Below, piece by piece: positions 27,098 through 32,000 of a stretch of DNA of 32,000 bases. Position 1 is the first letter of the stretch; the number at the start of each line of letters is the position of its first letter. Below the pieces are notes generated by a model that was not told where the DNA came from, did not search any database, and saw only the letters and a program-made list of their open reading frames with translations. Location: contig NZ_LN831039.1 of NCBI RefSeq assembly GCF_001457595.1, positions 3,360,001-3,392,000 on the forward strand, given 5' to 3'. The translations under genes and the position numbers were made by a program. The DNA comes from Mycolicibacterium smegmatis (GTDB lineage: Bacteria > Actinomycetota > Actinomycetes > Mycobacteriales > Mycobacteriaceae).

Positions 27098-28380
27098 CCG
27101 CCGGCCGGGTTGCCGACGGACTCCGAGCGCGCGTCGCCGGTCCGAAGCGGCGCGCGCTCGCCGTCGCGGCGGCCGACCAGGTACCACGTCCTCATCACAC
27201 CTTTGCCCTTGACCTCCACCTCGCCCCGCTCCTCGAGCACGAACGCGTGGCGCAAACGGAGGCACATGTCGTCGGGCACCTGGATGCGCCCTTCGACATC
27301 GGTGCTCTCCATACGCGAGGCGACATTGACCGCGTCACCCCACACGTCGTAGAAGAACCGGCGCGCACCGACCACCCCGGCCACCACCGGTCCGGCGGCC
27401 AGGCCGATCCGCAGTGGTACGCGCCTGCCTTCGGGATCGGTGAGATCGGCGACGGCCGCGGCCATGTCGAGCGCGAGTGCCGCGAGCGCCTCGGCGTGGT
27501 CGGTGCGGGGCTCGGGGATGCCGCCGACCACCATGTACGAATCGCCGCTGGTCTTGACCTTCTCCAGGCAGTGCTGCTCGACGAGCGCATCGAGATCGGT
27601 GTAGAGCGTGTCGAGGAACCGCACCAGATCACACGGCGCGGTCTCGCTGGCGCGTTTGGTGTAGCCGGCGATGTCGGCGAACAGGATCGAGGCGTCGTCG
27701 TATCGGTCGGCGATGATGGTGCGCGCCGGGTCTTTGAGCCGTGTCGCGATCGTGGCGGGAAGAATGTTCGCGAGCAACTTCTCCGAGCGCTGGTACTCGG
27801 CCTCCATCGCGTCCTCGGCGCGCGCGATCTCGCGTAGCGCCGACCACACGGTCGCGACCACCATCACCGCGGCCGACACCGTGGAGATCACGAATCCGAC
27901 GCTCAAGGTCCAGTGCGGGCCCAGACCCCGGTCGTCGGGCGCGAGGAACTCCAGCGCGATGGTGGCGGCGATGCCGACCGCGACGAGCGACGCGGCCAGC
28001 ACGATCCGCTCGACACCGAGGACGAGGACGACGAGCGACGCCGAGACCAGGAAGTAGAACTGGAGTCCGGAGTCGGTGCCGATCTCGTAACACATGAGCG
28101 TCACCGACACGTAGGCGATGACGATGAACGTCAACGGCGCGAGGAGTTCACCGAACCTGTGCAGCAGCGGGACCGCCATGAACAGGCCCGCGAAGACCAG
28201 GTTGAGGAAACCGAGCCGCCAGAGTTCCGCGCCGACCGCGAGTTGGAAGATCCCGAAGAGCGTCGTGACGGCCGCCGCGATCCACGTCGCGACGGCGAGC
28301 ACGCGTTGTCTGCCGGCAACCCTGTCGGCGTAGTGCCGCGTGCGGGCGGGCACGCGGTTGTCGAGCGCCAGTTCGGGCAT
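27094..28380 (-). CDS. cya: 6TM class III adenylate cyclase (Rv1625c/Cya-like)
   Basis: The N-terminal half has six hydrophobic helices. The C-terminal cyclase homology domain has ASILFADIAGYT, VKTSGDSYMVVGG and VGARRFFYDVWGDAVNVASRME. The start is ATG at 28380, or an upstream in-frame GTG/TTG-class codon at 28413 (11 codons further). Confidence 0.9.
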   Translation of the reverse strand: MPELALDNRVPARTRHYADRVAGRQRVLAVATWIAAAVTTLFGIFQLAVGAELWRLGFLNLVFAGLFMAVPLLHRFGELLAPLTFIVIAYVSVTLMCYEIGTDSGLQFYFLVSASLVVLVLGVERIVLAASLVAVGIAATIALEFLAPDDRGLGPHWTLSVGFVISTVSAAVMVVATVWSALREIARAEDAMEAEYQRSEKLLANILPATIATRLKDPARTIIADRYDDASILFADIAGYTKRASETAPCDLVRFLDTLYTDLDALVEQHCLEKVKTSGDSYMVVGGIPEPRTDHAEALAALALDMAAAVADLTDPEGRRVPLRIGLAAGPVVAGVVGARRFFYDVWGDAVNVASRMESTDVEGRIQVPDDMCLRLRHAFVLEERGEVEVKGKGVMRTWYLVGRRDGERAPLRTGDARSESVGNPAGG

Positions 28381-28554
28381 GCAGACCGAGCGCGGACCGT
28401 CGCTGAGGACCACAGTCGAAGCCTATGCCCGCGCTGTGTGCCCCGGTCGTCGATTTCGCAGCATCGTCGATGGCGCGACGTTCGCCCGGCTTTGCGGCTT
28501 CGCTGTGCCAGCAAACCTCGCCGAGCTGATCATGTGGCACAATGGAGGCTTCAA

Positions 28555-29610
28555 GTGAGCGTGGCGGGTTGGCGCCACCGAGATCCCGGGGGCATTTTGA
28601 GCGACGAGCGATCGTGGATGCGCACGACGGCGATCAGTTGTGCAATCGCCTGTAGCGCAATGGTTGTCGGCCCCGGCATGGCAGGCACAGCGGTCGCATC
28701 CGCTGATCTGTTCGGGGTCGGTGGAATCCTCGACATCTTCGACCACCACAAGGATCAGAAGAAAAAGAAGCACTCCGAGCGCGGCGCAAACGTCCGCGGC
28801 CAGCAGAACGGCGGCAGCGCCTCGCAGGCCGGCGACCGCGGCAGTCGGCGCGCGCCGGGTTTCGGGCCCGGCCCTCGGCATGCCGGCCCGGATCGCAGTG
28901 GCCGGCCCGGTGCCCATCGCGCCCCCGATCGCCCGGGGCCTGCAGGCAACCGGCAGGGGCAGCCCTCGTCAGCGGACGACCGCGACGACCAGCAGACCGG
29001 GACGGCCCGTCGTTCCGCACAATCTGTCGACGTGCCCGAGTCAGCGATCACGGGTGCGCGCATCACACCACCCGCGGTCGTGGCGGGCGGCGGCGGCAAC
29101 GGCGTCAGCCGGGTGCCCACCGGCGGAACCACCGGGCGCGCACCCGATCTCGCCCCGGTGCCGACCGCGCCGAGCAACCGCAGCATCGTGATCCGGGCCC
29201 AGCCGCCGGTCGCCTCCGCGCCATCGGTTCCCGCTGCGCCGGTCGCACCGGTGCCGGTCGCGGTGCCTCCGGTGCCGCCCGTCCCGGTGGTCGTCGCGCC
29301 TCCCGGCGCGCCGGCCGGTGGAGGCGGGGCACCCGCCTCACCGGCCACGCCGAGCGTTCCTGCCCTCACCCCGCCGGCCGTGACGGCACCGGCACCTGCG
29401 GGCCCGCCACCGAACGCGGTACCGGCGTCGTTCCGGGTCGGTTACGCGGACTACCTGCGCACGGCGAACAACATGGATCTGCTCTTCGCGGTGCTGCCAG
29501 GGATGGCCGGGCTAGTGCTGCTCACCGCGGCAGGCGGCGCGATCGGGGTCCGTCACGCGCGTGCCGCGCAGGCGGTGCCCGCACCGCAGATCGCGCGCTT
29601 CATGGCGTGA
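28555..29610 (+). CDS. secreted or membrane-anchored proline/alanine-rich protein of unknown function
   Basis: GTG at 28555 lies 6 nt after GGAGG. An alternative ATG at 28618 gives MRTTAISCAIACSAMVVGPGMAGTAVASA, a signal-peptide-like N-terminus. It has a Lys-rich patch (HHKDQKKKKH), a long P/A/V/G low-complexity region and a C-terminal hydrophobic helix (LLFAVLPGMAGLVLLTAAGGAIG). The part of the track ORF upstream of 28555 is antisense to cya and is rejected. Confidence 0.65.
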   Translation: MSVAGWRHRDPGGILSDERSWMRTTAISCAIACSAMVVGPGMAGTAVASADLFGVGGILDIFDHHKDQKKKKHSERGANVRGQQNGGSASQAGDRGSRRAPGFGPGPRHAGPDRSGRPGAHRAPDRPGPAGNRQGQPSSADDRDDQQTGTARRSAQSVDVPESAITGARITPPAVVAGGGGNGVSRVPTGGTTGRAPDLAPVPTAPSNRSIVIRAQPPVASAPSVPAAPVAPVPVAVPPVPPVPVVVAPPGAPAGGGGAPASPATPSVPALTPPAVTAPAPAGPPPNAVPASFRVGYADYLRTANNMDLLFAVLPGMAGLVLLTAAGGAIGVRHARAAQAVPAPQIARFMA

Positions 29611-29651
29611 GCCCCGTGCTGATCTGAGGCGACGCGCCCGATCTCACATCG

Positions 29652-29703
29652 AGATTGCACTGAGGGACAGATCCCGAGCGGGATCTGTCCCTCAGTGCAA
29701 TCT
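29652..29703. terminator. perfect 24-bp-stem hairpin with GAGC loop (candidate bidirectional, U-tract-less terminator or palindromic element)
   Basis: Arm 29652-29675 (AGATTGCACTGAGGGACAGATCCC) is the exact reverse complement of arm 29680-29703. The hairpin lies 42 nt after the proline-rich gene stop and 78 nt beyond the 3' end of the - strand tRNA. Confidence 0.6.
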
Positions 29704-29780
29704 GGAGTTCTCCCGCGCAGGCCGCGACCGCGCCGAGCACATCGAAAAGACTGCGCAAAATGCGCGTGATCAGGTGTTTC

Positions 29781-29857
29781 TGGTGCCCTCGGTGAGATTC
29801 GAACTCACACTGTACGGGTTTTGAATCCGTTTCCTCTGCCAGTTGGGATACGAGGGC
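29781..29857 (-). tRNA. tRNA with anticodon CAA (Leu by anticodon), 77 nt including encoded CCA, short variable region
   Basis: Hand-folded from the reverse complement. Acceptor GCCCTCG/CGAGGGC (7 bp perfect), discriminator A, encoded CCA. T-arm GTGAG-TTCGAAT-CTCAC. D-loop with A14 and GG. Anticodon arm ACGGA-TTCAAAA-CCCGT (U33, CAA, A37), with an A:C mismatch at the loop-closing pair. Confidence 0.85.
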
Positions 29858-29942
29858 GTGCGGCCGTTTCCGTCCTGCGGGATACCACCATAGATGATGC
29901 CCTGCAGTCGCTGATCATCGGCTGTCACGACACAATGTTGGC

Positions 29943-30569
29943 ATGACCGGGTCAACGACTGACGCTGACAGACCGCGCCGCGTACTCATCGCCGAGGACG
30001 AAGCACTCATCCGACTCGATCTCGCCGAGATGTTGCGCGAGGAGGGGTATGAGGTTGTCGGTGAGGCCGGAGACGGCCAGGAGGCCGTCGAGATGGCCGA
30101 GAGCCTGCGGCCGGATCTCGTGATCATGGACGTCAAGATGCCGCGGCGCGACGGCATCGACGCGGCCTCGGAGATCGCCTCCAAGCGCATCGCGCCCATC
30201 GTGATCCTGACGGCCTTCAGCCAGCGCGAGTTGGTGGAGCGTGCCCGCGACGCAGGCGCCATGGCCTACCTGGTGAAGCCGTTCAACATCAACGACCTGG
30301 TGCCTGCCATCGAGGTCGCGGTCAGCCGCTTCGCAGAGCTGAGTGCACTGGAGACCGAGGTCGCGACGCTGTCGGAGCGACTGGAGACCCGCAAGCTCGT
30401 CGAACGTGCCAAAGGTTTGCTACAGGCCAAGTACAAGATGACCGAGCCCGAGGCGTTCAAGTGGATCCAGCGGGCCGCGATGGACCGGCGCACGACGATG
30501 AAGCGGGTGGCCGAGGTGGTGCTCGAGACGTTGGACGACACCAAGCAGGCCCCGGCGCCTGAGCAGTGA
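29943..30569 (+). CDS. pdtaR: ANTAR-domain response regulator (PdtaR)
   Basis: 208 aa. The receiver domain has RVLIAEDEALIRLDL, LVIMDVKMP and AYLVKP. It is followed by a coiled linker and an ANTAR domain (LETRKLVERAKGLLQAKYKMTEPEAFKWIQRAAMDRRTTMKRVAEVV). Confidence 0.93.
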   Translation: MTGSTTDADRPRRVLIAEDEALIRLDLAEMLREEGYEVVGEAGDGQEAVEMAESLRPDLVIMDVKMPRRDGIDAASEIASKRIAPIVILTAFSQRELVERARDAGAMAYLVKPFNINDLVPAIEVAVSRFAELSALETEVATLSERLETRKLVERAKGLLQAKYKMTEPEAFKWIQRAAMDRRTTMKRVAEVVLETLDDTKQAPAPEQ

Positions 30570-30798
30570 GCGCCCGTCGCCTCGGTTAATTATTCGTTTC
30601 AGGGCTCACGCACACGCGGTGTTCTCGAGGTTTTCACCGGCATTTATACGGAACAGCGAACGACGCGCCGGAAACGCATCGTTCAACATCGCGCACGCAG
30701 GGCGGTGGTTGGCTATGTTCTACCCGGAGCGTCGGCGGCATCCCGGAAACCGGGTCTCGCCAACGGCGTCGCTGACAACTTTGACCCGGAGGTGAAGC

Positions 30799-32000
30799 GT
30801 GCGCGGTCGCGTGGCACGAAAGGCATTTGCTCTCGGTAGTGCGGGAGTGGTGGCGCTGGCAATTGCCGGCTGTAATCAGTCGACGCCCGAAGAGGAAGCA
30901 GCCCAGACCGACCTGAAGATCGTCGAGAAGGTGCAGATCGACGAGAACGGTGCCGAGGTGACGGGCGCGGGCGATGTGACCCCCGCCGATCCCGCAGGTG
31001 ACGGAAACGCCGTGTGCCCGCCGGTGATGATCGCGATGATGGGCGCCCTCAACGGCCCCGACGCCGCGCTCGGCATCAACATCAAGAACGGCGTGCAGAT
31101 GGCGATCGACAAGCACAACGCCGCCAACGCCCAGTGCCAGGTTCAGCTGAAAGCGTTTGACACCGAAGGTGATCCGCAGAAGGCCACCGGTGTCGCACCG
31201 CAGATCGTCGACGAGCCGTTCATCATCGGCGTGGTCGGCCCCGCGTTCTCGGGCGAGACCAAGGCCACCGGTGACGTGTTCAACCAGGCCGGTCTGGTGG
31301 CGACCACCGCATCGGCCACCAACGTCCAGCTGAGCGAGAACGGCTGGCGCACGTTCTTCCGCGGCCTGGCGAACGACGGCGTGCAGGGTCCGTCGGTGGC
31401 CAACTACATGAAGAACACCCTGGAGAACAAGAAGGTCTGCGTCGTCGACGACAGCACCGACTACGGTCTGGGGCTCGCCGAGGCCGTGCGCACGACGCTC
31501 GGACCGGTCGCCGACGCCTCGTGCAACATCTCGGTGAAGAAGGGCGACAAGGACTTCTCGGCCGCCGTCACCCAAATCAAGGGCGCCGCACCGGATTCGG
31601 TGTTCTACAGCGGGTACTACTCGGAGGCCGCGCCGTTCGTGCAGCAGCTCAAGGACGGCGGCGTGGAGGCGACGTTCATCAGTGCAGACGGCACGAAGGA
31701 TCCCGAGTTCGTCAAGCAGGCCGGCGAGTCCTCCAAGGGTGCGCTGCTGTCGTGCCCGTGCGGCCCGGCCACCGCCGAGTTCGCCGAGGAGTACACGCAG
31801 AAGTTCGGTCAGGAACCCGGCACCTACAGCACCGAGGGCTACGACCTGGGCACGATCCTGCTGAAGGGCATCGACTCCGGCGCCATCACCCGCGCCGACC
31901 TGCTCAACTACGTCCGCAACTACGAGGGCCAGGGCGTGGCCCGTAAGTACCAGTGGACCGACAACGGCGAGCTGACCACCACCCTGATCTGGATGTACGA
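30799..32000 (+). CDS. branched-chain amino-acid (LivJ/Leu-Ile-Val type) ABC transporter substrate-binding lipoprotein, 5' partial (runs off window)
   Basis: Not in the ORF track because it has no stop in the window. I translated it by hand. GTG at 30799 lies 6 nt after GGAGG, and the product begins VRGRVARKAFALGSAGVVALAIAGC (lipobox). The frame stays open to position 32000 with type-1 periplasmic binding protein features (IAMMGALNGPDAALG, GVVGPAFSGET, TFFRGLANDGVQG, VCVVDDSTDYG). Confidence 0.85.
   Translation, partial: MRGRVARKAFALGSAGVVALAIAGCNQSTPEEEAAQTDLKIVEKVQIDENGAEVTGAGDVTPADPAGDGNAVCPPVMIAMMGALNGPDAALGINIKNGVQMAIDKHNAANAQCQVQLKAFDTEGDPQKATGVAPQIVDEPFIIGVVGPAFSGETKATGDVFNQAGLVATTASATNVQLSENGWRTFFRGLANDGVQGPSVANYMKNTLENKKVCVVDDSTDYGLGLAEAVRTTLGPVADASCNISVKKGDKDFSAAVTQIKGAAPDSVFYSGYYSEAAPFVQQLKDGGVEATFISADGTKDPEFVKQAGESSKGALLSCPCGPATAEFAEEYTQKFGQEPGTYSTEGYDLGTILLKGIDSGAITRADLLNYVRNYEGQGVARKYQWTDNGELTTTLIWMY

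Noticed and set aside
28447-28471. 8-nt direct repeat TCGTCGAT (x2, 16 nt start to start) in the divergent region between cya and the proline-rich gene
   Set aside because: It is short, made of motifs (GTCGA/TCGTCG-type) that recur throughout this window, and lacks dyad symmetry. It cannot be distinguished from chance.
27913-28554. N-terminal 214 codons of the 565-aa + strand ORF at 27913-29610
   Set aside because: This part is antisense to the adenylate cyclase TM domain and encodes an Arg/Asp/Glu-rich product. A GGAGG-GTG start at 28555, or the ATG at 28618, gives a sensible signal peptide.
29611-29942. Possibility that the tRNA marks an integration site for a genomic island or prophage
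   Set aside because: No integrase, excisionase or phage-like gene lies on either side. I saw no duplicated copy of the tRNA 3' end within the window. The flanking genes (cya, pdtaR) are conserved core genes.
30554-30600. Possible intrinsic terminator after pdtaR (GGCGC..GCGCC stem followed by a T-rich TTAATTATTCGTTTC)
   Set aside because: The stem is only 5 bp, its 11-nt loop contains the stop codon, and the T-rich stretch is interrupted. This is too weak to call as a feature.
30634-31575. 313-aa - strand ORF opposite the liv-like gene, and the + strand alternate-frame ORF at 31521-31946
   Set aside because: The + strand frame from 30799 encodes a clear lipoprotein signal and a type-1 periplasmic binding protein, and it stays open to the window end. 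The antisense and alternate-frame products are low-complexity.

Overview
This is a very GC-rich actinobacterial chromosome segment (G+C judged by eye, not computed). Gene content and order match a fast-growing mycobacterium, Mycolicibacterium smegmatis-like. That assignment rests on my recollection of mycobacterial synteny and of the Dps2 sequence, not on a search. It is mostly a densely packed housekeeping region. On the + strand: trpA, lgt, a TM2/DUF2752 small membrane-protein pair, gltB-gltD, pyk and tesB. On the - strand: the cydA-cydB-cydD-cydC cytochrome bd operon, followed by a DUF4190-type membrane protein and preceded by an HdeD/DUF308-like membrane protein. Back on the + strand: a polar amino-acid ABC transporter (binding lipoprotein, permease, ATPase), a rhodanese-type sulfurtransferase, a HisKA_3 histidine kinase with a NarL/LuxR response regulator, a 613-aa DUF2339-type polytopic membrane protein, and dps. 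These are followed by a 6TM class III adenylate cyclase (-), a secreted proline-rich protein (+), a tRNA (-), the ANTAR response regulator pdtaR (+) and the 5' part of a LivJ-type binding lipoprotein (+, runs off the window). Many adjacent genes overlap by 1-14 nt, which indicates translational coupling. I found no transposase, integrase, CRISPR array, rRNA, or recognisable defence or toxin-antitoxin module, and no clearly new multi-gene system. The items most worth a second look are listed here. (1) The kinase/regulator/DUF2339(/dps) cluster, which has no assigned function. (2) cydD, which has no canonical in-frame start codon near its conserved N-terminus. (3) A tRNA with a CAA anticodon but a short, class-I type variable region. 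(4) A perfect 24-bp-stem hairpin between the proline-rich gene and the tRNA. (5) A hyper-acidic, internally duplicated C-terminal tail on Lgt. (6) Candidate operator repeats in two AT-richer intergenic regions. (7) A structured leader between pdtaR and the liv-like gene. Numerous long ORFs antisense to, or out of frame with, real genes are GC-driven artefacts and are rejected.
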